A stretch of DNA of 36,462 bases from a virus (IMGVR_UViG_3300032212_000677:1-36462), one strand, 5' to 3'. Positions 17,384 to 27,249 are shown, counted from the first letter of the stretch. The notes: generated by a model from the letters alone, not told the origin. Numbers and translations are program-made.

Positions 17384-17821
17384 CTAGGCCTGGTCGGCCT
17401 GCGGATTGTCATAGGCCTGACCGCCCAGGACGGTCGCCGCGATCGGCGTTCCGGTGGCATGGGTTCCCGAGAAATCGGCCAGGAGCTTCAGGTAGCGTTT
17501 TCCGCCGACATATCCGAAGCGATAGACCGCCGCCGCGGCATGGGCCGAGGTCAGCGCCTTGATGATGCCGTCGGTGATGCTGGAAACGCCGAGCATGTCT
17601 GCGTCCGCCACGTTCGCATAGGTCGAATCGTCGTCCGAATGGGTCAAGACAAACTCGATCTTGTTGGTGCCGTTGAACGTGATGCCCCCGGCGCCGATTG
17701 CCAGAACGAGCTCTGCCGCTTCGTAATCCTGCAGATCGATCGCGGCAGGGGTGTTGTCCGCCGACAGCGTCGCGGCCCCGATTGCGACCAAAGCGGTCAT
17801 GCCAGAATGAAGGTCTTTCAT
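17384..17821 (-). CDS. putative capsid decoration protein
   Basis: Beta-rich 145-aa ORF right after the capsid gene; GYVGGKRY motif; SD AAGGA. Confidence 0.7.
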   Translation of the reverse strand: MKDLHSGMTALVAIGAATLSADNTPAAIDLQDYEAAELVLAIGAGGITFNGTNKIEFVLTHSDDDSTYANVADADMLGVSSITDGIIKALTSAHAAAAVYRFGYVGGKRYLKLLADFSGTHATGTPIAATVLGGQAYDNPQADQA

Positions 17822-17860
17822 CGTTTGGTTCCTTGTTTGGATCTTGTGTTGATCTGAGGC

Positions 17861-17890
17861 GCTGCGCCGGGCATCACATCCCGGCGCAGC
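17861..17890 (-). promoter_or_regulatory. 11-bp hairpin after the capsid gene (mRNA stabiliser/attenuator)
   Basis: GCTGCGCCGGG-N8-CCCGGCGCAGC; no U-tract on the coding strand. Confidence 0.55.
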
Positions 17891-17905
17891 TGCCGTTCGC
17901 AGGGC

Positions 17906-19231
17906 TTAGGTGGAGATCTTCAGAAGCTTCATCGCCTCGAAATTCTGCACCCCGCCGCCGACGCGCTTGGTGGTGTAGAAATGCACATTCGGCTTGTTGG
18001 TGTAGGGGTCGCGCAGCACGCGGATACCGAACCGGTCAAGGATCAGATAGGCGCGCTGCCAGGCCCCGAACGCGATCGGGAATTTGTTGGCGCCGACCGC
18101 ATCCATGTTGTCGTCGGTAATGACCGGCTTGCCGAGGATCGTCGGCACCTCGCCCGGCGCCGTCGGCGCGGACCAGATGAACGATCCGTCCGCGTCCTTG
18201 AACTTGCGGACCGTCATCATCGTCGGATCTGACATGATGAACGTACCGTTCTGGCGGTACTGCTGCTTCAACGCGCCGTAGAGGTCGATCAGGGCATCCG
18301 CAGGGCTGGCGCTTGCAGTCGGCGCGACAAACCCCGAGGCGTGGCCGCTGACCACAAAGCCGGTCTTGCCCCAGGCATAGGAGGCATTCGCGACCTTGTC
18401 ATATTGCAGGATGCCACGAGGTTTGTTGGCGCCGTCGCCGTTGATGAAGGCCGCGCCCTCCTGCTCAGCGAACTCGATCGACACCTCGTCGGCCAGCCAG
18501 GCCGCAATGTCCAGACGCCCGTCGTCAAGCGACCGCTGGGTCGCCGCCGGGTTGGCGTAGAGTTCCATGATCGTGAAGATCAGCTCGCGCAGGGTCGGCG
18601 TATTGGTCTCGGGGCGGGCGTCTTTTTCGCCGACCCAGCCCGATCCGGTCCCACCCATGTTGACCAGCTTCTTGTAAGTGTCGGTGCCGATCGTCATGGT
18701 CCGCGCCAGTCCGCGCATCGCCGAAACGGTGCCGACAACACGGTCAATTTCGCCGGCCATTTCCTCGGGCACCAGGTAGCCGCCATCGGGGTCGCTGTCG
18801 GTCGAAAGCGCCGCCTGAACCTCCAGGTCGCGCAGATCGGCATCGATCGCACGATCGCCGCGGCGGAACCAGGCGTTGAAAGCCTCGGCATGGGCGACGA
18901 TATTTGCATCCGGCGCCCCGCCGCCGGCGCCGCCGATCTGCGCTGCCGCAATCGCCTGGTTGGCGGCGTCCAGCGCCTGCGTCAATTCGGTGATGTGATT
19001 GTTGATGCGGTCGATCTTTTCGTCGCGCACAACGTCGGCGGCCGCGCGCGTCTCGCCGGAATTGTTGATCTCGGCTTTGAATTCCTCGAACGCCGATTGC
19101 ATTTGGGCCAAGATGGCCGCCGGGTTGGAGCCGTCCGCGCGCACATATTGAATGCCGCGGGGGCCAGGAATTGCAGTCGTGGCGGCGGCAGCCGCCAGGG
19201 CGACGCTTGCCGCCAGAAGTTTCTTGGTCAT
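17906..19231 (-). CDS. major capsid protein, HK97 fold
   Basis: Coiled-coil delta domain, DGGYLVPEE, WVGE, EGAAFINGDG.NKPRGIL, RDPYT.KP.V.FYTTKRVGG. Confidence 0.97.
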   Translation of the reverse strand: MTKKLLAASVALAAAAATTAIPGPRGIQYVRADGSNPAAILAQMQSAFEEFKAEINNSGETRAAADVVRDEKIDRINNHITELTQALDAANQAIAAAQIGGAGGGAPDANIVAHAEAFNAWFRRGDRAIDADLRDLEVQAALSTDSDPDGGYLVPEEMAGEIDRVVGTVSAMRGLARTMTIGTDTYKKLVNMGGTGSGWVGEKDARPETNTPTLRELIFTIMELYANPAATQRSLDDGRLDIAAWLADEVSIEFAEQEGAAFINGDGANKPRGILQYDKVANASYAWGKTGFVVSGHASGFVAPTASASPADALIDLYGALKQQYRQNGTFIMSDPTMMTVRKFKDADGSFIWSAPTAPGEVPTILGKPVITDDNMDAVGANKFPIAFGAWQRAYLILDRFGIRVLRDPYTNKPNVHFYTTKRVGGGVQNFEAMKLLKIST

Positions 19232-19235
19232 GGGT

Positions 19236-20084
19236 CTAGGTTCCCTTGAGAGTTTCGATCAGCTGCTGGGCTGCAGCGGTCCAGTCGCCAGCGTCCTGCG
19301 TGGCGCCAGGGGCAGCGCCGGGCGTGCCCCCCTTGATCTCGCCCAGGAGGCTACGGCGCTCCGAGCGGGACATTCCGGCACGGGCAAGCATTGCGTCGGC
19401 TCGCCGCGTGGCATGTGTTGCGCCGCCGACTTTCGCGGCGGCAGACTCGTCGATCGATGTGTCGATCGTCAGAAAATCATCGGCCAACCCGGCATCGACG
19501 GCCTGCTCGCCGTTGAACCAGGTTTCATCATCCATCCACTTGGCGGCGGCCTTCTTTTCGGCGCCGGCACGCTCGGAATAAACGGTCGCCATGGCATCAT
19601 CGAAGGGCTCCAGCGTGTCGGCCGCGTCACGCATGTCGTGGCGGTTGCCGATCGCCAGCACCCAGGCGTTATGCACCATGATGAAACCTGCCTTGCCGAT
19701 CTGGATTTCATCGCCTGCCATGGCGATCAGCGAGGCAGCTGAGGCGGCGAGACCGAGGATACGCACCGTGATTTTGTGTTTGTGGGTCCGAAGCAGGTTG
19801 TAGATCGCCACGCCTTCGAAAAAGTCGCCGCCGGGACTGTTGATGTCGACAAAGACCTCCTGATCGCCGATCGAGCGTAGCGCCGCGGCAACGCGCTTGG
19901 ATGTGACGCCGCCGCCAGTCCACCAATCCTCGCCGATTACATCGAGGATCGAGATCGTGTTGCCGGGCGTCTGCTCAGCACGTATCCCGGCCGTCCAGCG
20001 TTCCAGAGCATCGGCGTCGGGCTGAAATGCAAAGGTTTCCGGCAGCCGACCGGCAGTGATATCAGGCAGGGTTCTGATCGTCAT
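19236..20084 (-). CDS. ClpP-type prohead protease
   Basis: INSPGGD, GLAASAASLIAMAG (catalytic Ser), MVHN (His), ETWF. Confidence 0.95.
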   Translation of the reverse strand: MTIRTLPDITAGRLPETFAFQPDADALERWTAGIRAEQTPGNTISILDVIGEDWWTGGGVTSKRVAAALRSIGDQEVFVDINSPGGDFFEGVAIYNLLRTHKHKITVRILGLAASAASLIAMAGDEIQIGKAGFIMVHNAWVLAIGNRHDMRDAADTLEPFDDAMATVYSERAGAEKKAAAKWMDDETWFNGEQAVDAGLADDFLTIDTSIDESAAAKVGGATHATRRADAMLARAGMSRSERRSLLGEIKGGTPGAAPGATQDAGDWTAAAQQLIETLKGT

Positions 20085-21315
20085 CGTCTGTCTCCATGTC
20101 AGTCTTGCCGGCGGTGTTGGGCGGCGGGTAATAGACTTCGCCACCATCGCGCGGGTTCATGTCTTCGAGCGCGCGCACCTCGTTCGGGCTCAGCCAGCCC
20201 CATTGCAGCCCGCTACGATAAAGCGCCTCGCGTGCCTTGGTGTCGCCGCGCAGTAGCCCGCGACGGTTGAAGCGCGTGTAAATCTCAGGCTCGGCGATCA
20301 AATCGCGGTCGAGCGTCTGTTCCCAGGTCGTCAGGTGATCTTCGAGCGTGTAGGTCACGAACCCGATGCCCATCTGCTCAACGCCCGAGCCCCAGCTGGT
20401 CGTCTTTTCCGTATCGCCAATCATGTGCGGCGGCACCCCAAAGAACATGGCAATATCGCTACGTGAGAATTTCCGGCTTTCGATCCACTGTGCATCCTCG
20501 GCCGTCATCGACAGCTGGTACGTCTCCATCCCCTCTTCGAGGATCAGCGCCCGGCCTTCCGCCTCGCCGCCCTGGCGGTAAGCGTCGAGGCTTTCGCGCA
20601 GGAATTCGAGGCCTTCTTTCCCGAGCTTCTGAGGGTGTTTCAGTACAAAGCTCGGCCGGGCCGCGTTCTTGAACGTGGTCGCCCCGTGGCGCTCCTGCGC
20701 CATCGACAGGCCGATGGTCTCGCGCGCATAGGTGATCACCGAAACGCCTGTGACGCCGTCCAGCGTCAGCCCGACCAGATGCAGCACATCGTTCGGGTCC
20801 AGCGGAACCGGGCGTCCGTCGCGGCGCGTGTAGGTATAGCGGATCCTCAGATCGTCGCCCTGCTTCACCTTCATGCGATCGGGGTGCAGCGGATTGAGTG
20901 CAATGACCCGTCCGCGCGAGCGCACGATCTGCGCAAAACCGTTGCCCCGCAGCAAAAGATGCACCTGAAGCAACCGGCGGAACTGCGCCGAGGTCTGCCA
21001 GCCGTTAGGCTTGCGCCGCAGCACGGTCCAGAGCTGGTGATCCGGCCGATCCTGACGCGTCAGCTCGTCGACACGTTCCTTGACGTGCAGCGGCATGTTG
21101 GCGACCGCACCCGACATCAGGCGCACACAGGCATAGACCGCACCGACGCGCATGGCGCTGTTGGCAGTTACCGGGATGCCGGCCGCCGTACTTGTGCCCG
21201 CAGCGCGGATAGCGCGTTCCAGATCCTCAGGGCCGTTGATGACCGTTCCACCGTCCGCCGGTTGCGACGCGGCGAATGGTCGACGCAGCCAGTTCAGAAT
21301 ACGCTTGCTATCCAT
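20062..21315 (-). CDS. portal protein, HK97 family
   Basis: VYACV, LLLRGN, LHPDR, IAMFFGVPPHMIG, SPNEVRALE. Confidence 0.97.
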   Translation of the reverse strand: MDSKRILNWLRRPFAASQPADGGTVINGPEDLERAIRAAGTSTAAGIPVTANSAMRVGAVYACVRLMSGAVANMPLHVKERVDELTRQDRPDHQLWTVLRRKPNGWQTSAQFRRLLQVHLLLRGNGFAQIVRSRGRVIALNPLHPDRMKVKQGDDLRIRYTYTRRDGRPVPLDPNDVLHLVGLTLDGVTGVSVITYARETIGLSMAQERHGATTFKNAARPSFVLKHPQKLGKEGLEFLRESLDAYRQGGEAEGRALILEEGMETYQLSMTAEDAQWIESRKFSRSDIAMFFGVPPHMIGDTEKTTSWGSGVEQMGIGFVTYTLEDHLTTWEQTLDRDLIAEPEIYTRFNRRGLLRGDTKAREALYRSGLQWGWLSPNEVRALEDMNPRDGGEVYYPPPNTAGKTDMETDDDDQNPA

Positions 21316-21323
21316 TTTTCAGA

Positions 21324-23042
21324 TCACACCACCAGCAGACCGCGGCCACCATAGACCGACGACCCGCTTGCCACCGGGTTCCAGCTCATCAGCTGCACCG
21401 CATTGAACAGCGCCATCAGCGGGTCGATCTTGGCCGAACCGCTCACTGCCTTGGTCACAATCACGGCGTTGCCGCGCGACTCGACCTTGGCGTTGCCGAC
21501 GCAAAATTCCATCAGACGCTGACCCGAGTGGATCATCCTGCCGTTTTTCAGCTTCACCGGCGCCGTCTTGATCGCCGCGTTCAGCTTGTAGCCCTGACTG
21601 ATTGACCGGATATCCTCGATCCGGAACCCATCCTCGACCAGCGCATCGATGATCGAGCCAACACCCTCGGGATCCATGCCGATCCCATCTTCTTCCGGGA
21701 AAAGCCCCGCCGTGCGGATCTGGGCGCAGATCTCGACGATCTCGGGATTCGCCTCCTCCTCGATGTTGTCGACCAACATCAGATCCTCGGCCTTGGCCAG
21801 CGCCTCCAGTTCCGGCGCAATCGACTTGCGCAGTTCCAGCACGTCCCGATCCGCCCAGGCCTTCCCCCAATGCTGCCAGACCTTCGTCTCGGCATGCCGG
21901 CCAAGCACCGCCAACCCCAACAAATCGTCCAGCCCGCCGCCGTCGATGCCGACAACACAAACCTCCGACGTCTCCAGGATATACTCCAGATCCATCCCCT
22001 GCACGCCCCGGTGCGCCCAATAGTCCGCCCCGATCCAGCGCCCGGTGCGGATACCGACACCCACCTCGACGTTCAGGTGCTGCGATGCAAAAAGCGCCAA
22101 CGCCTCCTGCCCTTCGCGTTCGGCCTTTTTCAGATCGTTGACCAGATCTTCTATGAGGATAGATCGCCCTATGTTGGGATTGACCAGCCTCCAGGTTTTC
22201 GGGTCCTTCCATTCGTCTTTTTCGACCATGTCCTGCGGCAGTTCGTACATCACTGCCAACATCGGCAATCGGATATCTCCGTCGCGCACCGCGCGGGCGG
22301 TTTGCAGTTCTTTCTCAAACTGCCCGGTCGGGCGCTCCTTCGACTGGGTCGTGATCTGCAGAAAAAAGCCCTCTGGTCGCGACTTCAGGCCACCGCGCAG
22401 CTCCAGGAAGATTTCCGGCGCCTTGTGCTTGCTGCCCAGCACATGGGTTTCGTCGACCAGGATAAACGTGCCCTTCGATCCGGTGACCACGTCGCCATCC
22501 GCCGACAGGATCATAATTACCGCCTCGGTGCCCATATGGGTGATTTGTTTCAGGTGCATCTGCACCTTGAACAGAACCCTCAGTTCCGGGTCTAACGCGA
22601 TGATGCCGCGCGCCGTTTTGAACGCAATGCCTGAAATTTTCTGCGTCGGCGCGATCAGGTACAGTTCGGCCTGCGGCCGCTCGTTCATGATCGCGGCCGT
22701 GACGATGATCGCCGCCGCGATGGCCGATTTGCCGTTCTTCTTCGGCACCAGCAGCAAAAACTCGCGCAGCATCCGCCGCTTGGTGTCCGGGTTGTAGCTG
22801 CCAAAGACCACCCGAACCAGGTCGAACACCCAATCCTTGCAGACTTCGCCGAAGGTCGGTGTACCGGTCAGGTCCGGCACCCGGAGCCGCTTGAAGATGC
22901 GCAGCGCCTTTTCTGCAACCTCATCGAAAAGCGGCAGATCGGGGATCAGGCTTTCGCCGTTTAGAATCCGTCGCTCCCAATCCGGCACGGACGTATCCCA
23001 TGCCGGATCGAGCCCGTCGAATTCCAGTTCGACATCGAGCAT
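21324..23042 (-). CDS. terL: terminase large subunit
   Basis: Walker A VPKKNGKS, Walker B ILVDE, ITTQ, nuclease GIDGGGLDDL and KIDPLMA. Confidence 0.97.
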   Translation of the reverse strand: MLDVELEFDGLDPAWDTSVPDWERRILNGESLIPDLPLFDEVAEKALRIFKRLRVPDLTGTPTFGEVCKDWVFDLVRVVFGSYNPDTKRRMLREFLLLVPKKNGKSAIAAAIIVTAAIMNERPQAELYLIAPTQKISGIAFKTARGIIALDPELRVLFKVQMHLKQITHMGTEAVIMILSADGDVVTGSKGTFILVDETHVLGSKHKAPEIFLELRGGLKSRPEGFFLQITTQSKERPTGQFEKELQTARAVRDGDIRLPMLAVMYELPQDMVEKDEWKDPKTWRLVNPNIGRSILIEDLVNDLKKAEREGQEALALFASQHLNVEVGVGIRTGRWIGADYWAHRGVQGMDLEYILETSEVCVVGIDGGGLDDLLGLAVLGRHAETKVWQHWGKAWADRDVLELRKSIAPELEALAKAEDLMLVDNIEEEANPEIVEICAQIRTAGLFPEEDGIGMDPEGVGSIIDALVEDGFRIEDIRSISQGYKLNAAIKTAPVKLKNGRMIHSGQRLMEFCVGNAKVESRGNAVIVTKAVSGSAKIDPLMALFNAVQLMSWNPVASGSSVYGGRGLLVV

Positions 23043-23554
23043 CAGTGATATCCCGGTTTCAGGTCAGAACCCCAGTTCGGGCTGGCTTCCCCCGCAGACA
23101 CTTTCGCAGCGGCTGCCTGCGCCCGTTCCTTTTTTCCTTTCGGCTCGGTGTCATCGCCCGGCGCGTCGGCGAACTTCGCCGCGGCCAACGCCATGTCATT
23201 TTTCTGGATCAGCTGGTCCAGCAGGCGCATCGCTCCCACATTGCCTTCCTCGGCTGCCGCGTTGGCCTGCATCAGCCGCTTCGCCGTCAAGTGGTCCCGC
23301 GCCTTGTCCCGCAGCTTCAGTTCGGTTCTAAAATGCCGCTTCAGAGTGCTGAGACTGATCGACAGTCCGGTGCGTGGATCGAGAATACACCCCGCAATTC
23401 GTTCATTGCCCCAACCCATAGCCAGTAACATACTGACTTTACGTCCATTTTCTTCGGTCCACTCAAACGGTGGCCGCCCCTTGGTCCGTGGCGTCAGATA
23501 GCGCACGTTACCAAACAGGTCCGTAACGGTCTGATGTTCGATCTCGGGGTTCAT
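23042..23554 (-). CDS. terS: terminase small subunit
   Basis: GRPPF plus HTH (STLKRHF), A.EGNVGAM; stop overlaps the terL start. Confidence 0.85.
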   Translation of the reverse strand: MNPEIEHQTVTDLFGNVRYLTPRTKGRPPFEWTEENGRKVSMLLAMGWGNERIAGCILDPRTGLSISLSTLKRHFRTELKLRDKARDHLTAKRLMQANAAAEEGNVGAMRLLDQLIQKNDMALAAAKFADAPGDDTEPKGKKERAQAAAAKVSAGEASPNWGSDLKPGYH

Positions 23555-23559
23555 TTATC

Positions 23560-23640
23560 CTTCACCCAAAAAAAAATCTGCGCGTGGCGGGGTACGGGTC
23601 TAGGCGCCATAGGGTAGTAGGGATTTGCCCCCCCCTCCCT
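23560..23640. other. putative cos packaging region
   Basis: Non-coding gap between HNH and terS with G-run...CTAGACCCG...CACGCGCAGA plus T-run on the minus strand; position typical of HK97-like cos. Confidence 0.5.
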
Positions 23641-24065
23641 TACGCTAGACCTCGGCGCTCCATGCTTTGTTTGGTGCGGTCGTGCCAGGCTTTGGACACG
23701 GACTGCAGGTTTTTCTCATCCCAGAACAGGTCCGGGTCACCGCGGTGCGGTGTCTTGTGATCAACGACCGGGCTGTTCGGCGCCGGGTATTCGCCCGTCA
23801 AAGCCTCGCCTGTCTGCTGACAGACCGGCCAGAGCGTCGGCATATTGGCAAACAACACGCGATCAAACGGCATCAGGTGCGGCTGGTCGATCAGGTCCAC
23901 AGCGTCGCGCCGTAGGATCTTCAGTCGCAGTCGCTGCCACCTCGCCGTGTTCAACCAGTCTTGCGATCGTCGCGACTGGTCCTCAGCTTTGGCTTGCGGC
24001 TTCCGCAGCCGGCTAGGCGGTTTGCCAAGTCGGGACGGAAGCGCGCGACCTGCCAGCCTGCCCAT
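23640..24065 (-). CDS. HNH endonuclease (HK97 gp74-like terminase cofactor)
   Basis: TARWQRLR..IL.RD, VVDHKTPHRGD..LFWD..NLQ.V.K..HD..KQ. Confidence 0.9.
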   Translation of the reverse strand: MGRLAGRALPSRLGKPPSRLRKPQAKAEDQSRRSQDWLNTARWQRLRLKILRRDAVDLIDQPHLMPFDRVLFANMPTLWPVCQQTGEALTGEYPAPNSPVVDHKTPHRGDPDLFWDEKNLQSVSKAWHDRTKQSMERRGLA

Positions 24066-24179
24066 CGGTCCTCAATCTGTTTAGATGTTCCACGCAGAGT
24101 GCCACGAGATCTGGCACCCTGAAACGCAATACGCCCGAGACCTTGTAGGATCCGGGCGCATTTGGTGATTATGTCGAAG

Positions 24180-24208
24180 ACATTGCATATCCTCGGGATA
24201 AGCGTCAA
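24180..24208 (-). promoter_or_regulatory. possible late promoter
   Basis: TTGACG-N17-CAATGT just downstream of the Q-position gene and upstream of HNH; a hairpin follows at ~24096-24121. Confidence 0.35.
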
Positions 24209-24228
24209 GACCCTTTTTGCTCCGCCTG

Positions 24229-24990
24229 TCAGAAACAGCGCGCCAGACGCTCTAGGGCGGCCCGTAAGGCGTGGTAAACAGCTTTTATGTTTTCTTTGCT
24301 GTCACCCCAACCGTGGTCGCGTAACACCGTCGTCAGGCTGTCTCCGCCGCAGCACACCCGATCAACCAGATCCCGATCAAAGATCGACCTCTTTACCACA
24401 CCCGCGGCGCCGCGCTTGGAAGGACGGATGCGGCGCACTTCCTTGGCGATCCCGCTACCGATGGCGCGGTGACATTCGTCGAGCTTGCGACGCATCGCCA
24501 GCAGCCGGTCCATCGTGTCGCGGCCATGGCCGCCACCGCCACCGCCGGTAGACTGAAACGCACTGGAGCACTTGAGCCCGCCGGCGGCGTGGCGCTCGGT
24601 CAGCTCGACATAGGCGCTGGCGGCCTTCATTTCCCGCTCGGTGAAGCCGATCACACGTCGCTTGGCCATGGCTCGGTTCATCTTTTGCAGTGCGTCCAAC
24701 ACCTGCAAAGCGCTCCGGCCTTTATACCCACGCTCGACGCGTTGATAGCCTTCGTTGCCAACGGCGACGAGCCGCGCGGGGTTGAACGCCACGGCCTCAC
24801 CCCGCGCCGGTGCCTCCGGGATCTCAGGCCCGCATTCTGCCGGCACCCTGCCGGCCTTGTGCGCCTTCGCGATCCGCTTGACCTTGGCCTCACAGACGGC
24901 CTCGATCCGTTGCGCCCTGGCGTTGGCCAGCATGATCTTGCTGACTTGATCGGCCATTTGGGCTGGGCTTTTTTTGTTTTCGTCGACCAC
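24229..24990 (-). CDS. putative late-gene regulator (Q-position protein)
   Basis: Basic protein with C-terminal HTH-like DSLTTVLRDHGW...LRAALERL; located between replication and packaging; start GTG 24990 or ATG 24957. Confidence 0.55.
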   Translation of the reverse strand: MVDENKKSPAQMADQVSKIMLANARAQRIEAVCEAKVKRIAKAHKAGRVPAECGPEIPEAPARGEAVAFNPARLVAVGNEGYQRVERGYKGRSALQVLDALQKMNRAMAKRRVIGFTEREMKAASAYVELTERHAAGGLKCSSAFQSTGGGGGGHGRDTMDRLLAMRRKLDECHRAIGSGIAKEVRRIRPSKRGAAGVVKRSIFDRDLVDRVCCGGDSLTTVLRDHGWGDSKENIKAVYHALRAALERLARCF

Positions 24991-25006
24991 TGCTTGATCA
25001 TCCCCC

Positions 25007-25290
25007 GATGTTACGCTGGGACCTGGACCGTAACATCGCCGTAACATTCAGCGTGTCAGCCCTAAGCCCTTAAAACTATTTATTTTTTCGATAGAAATAG
25101 AGGAAATGTAACGATGTTACGGGCAAAACCACACACCCGCACATGCGCGCCCGCGCCTCATGGGGGTGCGTCTCGCCGTAACATCGTAACTTTGCCCGGC
25201 CAGGCGGTATTTTCTCACGCCAAATCAAAGGCTTGGCCACGTTACTGCCTTTGTTACGTTGGCGTTACGGTGCCTGCTTAAACGTAACAT
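25007..25290. repeat. putative replication origin: 11 GTAAC/GTTAC iterons plus an AT-rich tract
   Basis: Cores at 25010, 25030, 25041, 25108, 25116, 25178, 25186, 25241, 25253, 25264, 25284; AT tract 25070-25107; directly downstream of the helicase. Confidence 0.75.
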
Positions 25291-27249
25291 TCAGACCCCC
25301 TCGCTGCGGTGACTAGTGTCCTCGGGCAGATGCTCGAGCGGGATGATCAGGCCGCGGCGCAAAGACCCCGCCACCCGTGTCGGATCCGGCGACGGCCGGA
25401 CATTGGGCAGCGTGTCGAGCGCCGCGCGGTGACCGCCGCCTTTCCATCTGGTGCCCCACATGGCGCGATCCATCTGCGGATGCTGGCCGTTGGCGACGAA
25501 CAGCTCGCGCTTGCCGCGCTCGCCTGGCAGCACCTTCAAACCGACGCGGCCGATCAGGCGCTGGTCGTATTTGCCAGGTTCGTCGCCGTCGTGGATCAGC
25601 CGCTCGAGCAGTTCGGCGACCTGAACCTTGCCGCCATGATCCTTGTCGATCATGTAGGCAAAAACCGTGCGCAGGCAGCGCTCGCCCTCGCCCTCGTCCT
25701 CGGCCGCCAGTGAGGCCTCGATCAGCGGCATGGCCAGCTTGTTGGCCGCGTCGAGGCGGTCTTGGCGGTCCTCGGCGGTGGCCAGCGGCTCGTCGAACAG
25801 CATCAGATCCCAGCCGGCCAGGATGGCGCCGATCGTGTCGCCCGACCTGGCGCGGGCGCCCAGGCCCTGGACCATGGCCGAGTAGGTGTCGAATGTCTGA
25901 TCCCATCGGCTCGGGGCCAGATCGATCATGCGGCGCCAGACCCCCGGCCCCAGCTCGCGCGCGTCGCGTTTCAGCTCGGCCAGCAGCAGCGCCGCGTCAG
26001 CCGGCGAACGGCCGGGCGCCTTCGGGATCTCGGCAAGATCGAGGATCACGAACCGCGAGCGATCCGCCGGCGTCATGATGCCGGGAATGATCGAGGCCAT
26101 TAGGCCGGCGCCGTAAAGCTGGAATTTGACCCCGGTATGGTCGGACGTGCCGCGCTCGATCTGCGCCCCGTGCGCGTCCGACATCAGCCGGAACAGCGAG
26201 ATCACTTCTTCCATACGGCCGGTGCCATCGCTTTCGGCCTCGTCGAAGATCCTGGCGATCGCCTGGCGGTTGCTGGTCTGGCGGATCGCCGCGGCCGAGC
26301 TGGCCTGTTTTACCCCGGTGCACATGCCGCCCAGCAGCATCGCGATGATTCTAAGTGCGGCGGTCTTGCCGGCGCCGAGCTTGCCTTTGATCCACAGATG
26401 CGTGCGCCAGCTTGGGAACTGGCCCAGGGCCGCCTGGCCAATCCAGCCGATCAGCACGTCGCCGGCGCCGGCGTCACCCCAGGCCCAAAACCGATTGATC
26501 CGGTCGCGCACCCAAGCGATGTCATCGGTACTGGCCGGCGCATCCCCTGGTGCCGTACCCGAGGGCACGGTCGGATAGAGCGCGCCGGCGATGACGCGGC
26601 CGCGGCGCGGCGTGGTTTCACCGCACTCGATCTTTTCGCCCAGGTGCATCACCGGCGAGCCATCAGATCCGCGCCAGGTGCCGAAATGCCGGATCGACAC
26701 TTCAGGATCAAAGAGCGGCAGCGCGCTGCAGGCCATCATCAGCCGGTCACCGGCGGCCTGAGCATTGAATTCGACGTCCTTGCCCATGGCCGGCGCGATC
26801 TCGGCCAGGTGCCGCATCGCGTCGGGCACACCGACCATCAGCGCCACCAAGTTCGAACGATTAGCCAACTGATTGGCGGCTAACGCGACCAGCTCGCCCC
26901 GCGACGTCAGGAAATAGAACTGCCCCTTGTACTGGCCGATTGGCTGCACCGGGAAATCGTTAGGCAAACCGATAGCGCCGCCGCGGCTTTCCCCGAGTGG
27001 CGGAATGCTTCCTTGCGAATTTTCGCCCCCCCTATCAACAAATTCAGGCGCATAGTCATCGTTGTTTTGAAAAGATGACGCGCTTTCTGTCTCGCGCCCT
27101 GGGGGGGTCCGGGGGGGGGCGGCCGTATTAACCTGGTCGGCCGGCCCCGGGTCCGGCACCGCGGGGTCCGGGGCGATTTCCTCGATCTCGACTGCGGTGG
27201 CCCTGACGGCCTCGATGCCGGTGTCGGCGTCGGCGGTTTTCTCGCTCAT
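25291..27249 (-). CDS. P-loop replicative helicase/ATPase (primase-associated)
   Basis: Walker A GKLGAGKT, Walker B RIFDEAE, arginine finger ADRSRF; low-complexity N-terminus. Confidence 0.85.
   Translation of the reverse strand: MSEKTADADTGIEAVRATAVEIEEIAPDPAVPDPGPADQVNTAAPPRTPPGRETESASSFQNNDDYAPEFVDRGGENSQGSIPPLGESRGGAIGLPNDFPVQPIGQYKGQFYFLTSRGELVALAANQLANRSNLVALMVGVPDAMRHLAEIAPAMGKDVEFNAQAAGDRLMMACSALPLFDPEVSIRHFGTWRGSDGSPVMHLGEKIECGETTPRRGRVIAGALYPTVPSGTAPGDAPASTDDIAWVRDRINRFWAWGDAGAGDVLIGWIGQAALGQFPSWRTHLWIKGKLGAGKTAALRIIAMLLGGMCTGVKQASSAAAIRQTSNRQAIARIFDEAESDGTGRMEEVISLFRLMSDAHGAQIERGTSDHTGVKFQLYGAGLMASIIPGIMTPADRSRFVILDLAEIPKAPGRSPADAALLLAELKRDARELGPGVWRRMIDLAPSRWDQTFDTYSAMVQGLGARARSGDTIGAILAGWDLMLFDEPLATAEDRQDRLDAANKLAMPLIEASLAAEDEGEGERCLRTVFAYMIDKDHGGKVQVAELLERLIHDGDEPGKYDQRLIGRVGLKVLPGERGKRELFVANGQHPQMDRAMWGTRWKGGGHRAALDTLPNVRPSPDPTRVAGSLRRGLIIPLEHLPEDTSHRSEGV

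Noticed and set aside
19130-19231. Signal-peptide-like capsid N-terminus (MTKKLLAASVALAAAAA)
   Set aside because: More simply the Ala-rich start of the cleaved delta/scaffold domain; no other evidence for export
11947-23554. Gene transfer agent cluster
   Set aside because: Several genes are of GTA-shared families, but the region has HNH/cos-type packaging, a 673-aa tape measure and linked replication, immunity and lysis modules, indicating a true phage
25007-25290. CRISPR array
   Set aside because: Repeats are only 5-10 bp, in both orientations and irregularly spaced; no cas genes
27101-27119. Phase-variable G tracts in the helicase gene
   Set aside because: They encode Pro-rich linker codons in an intact frame; no evidence of slippage
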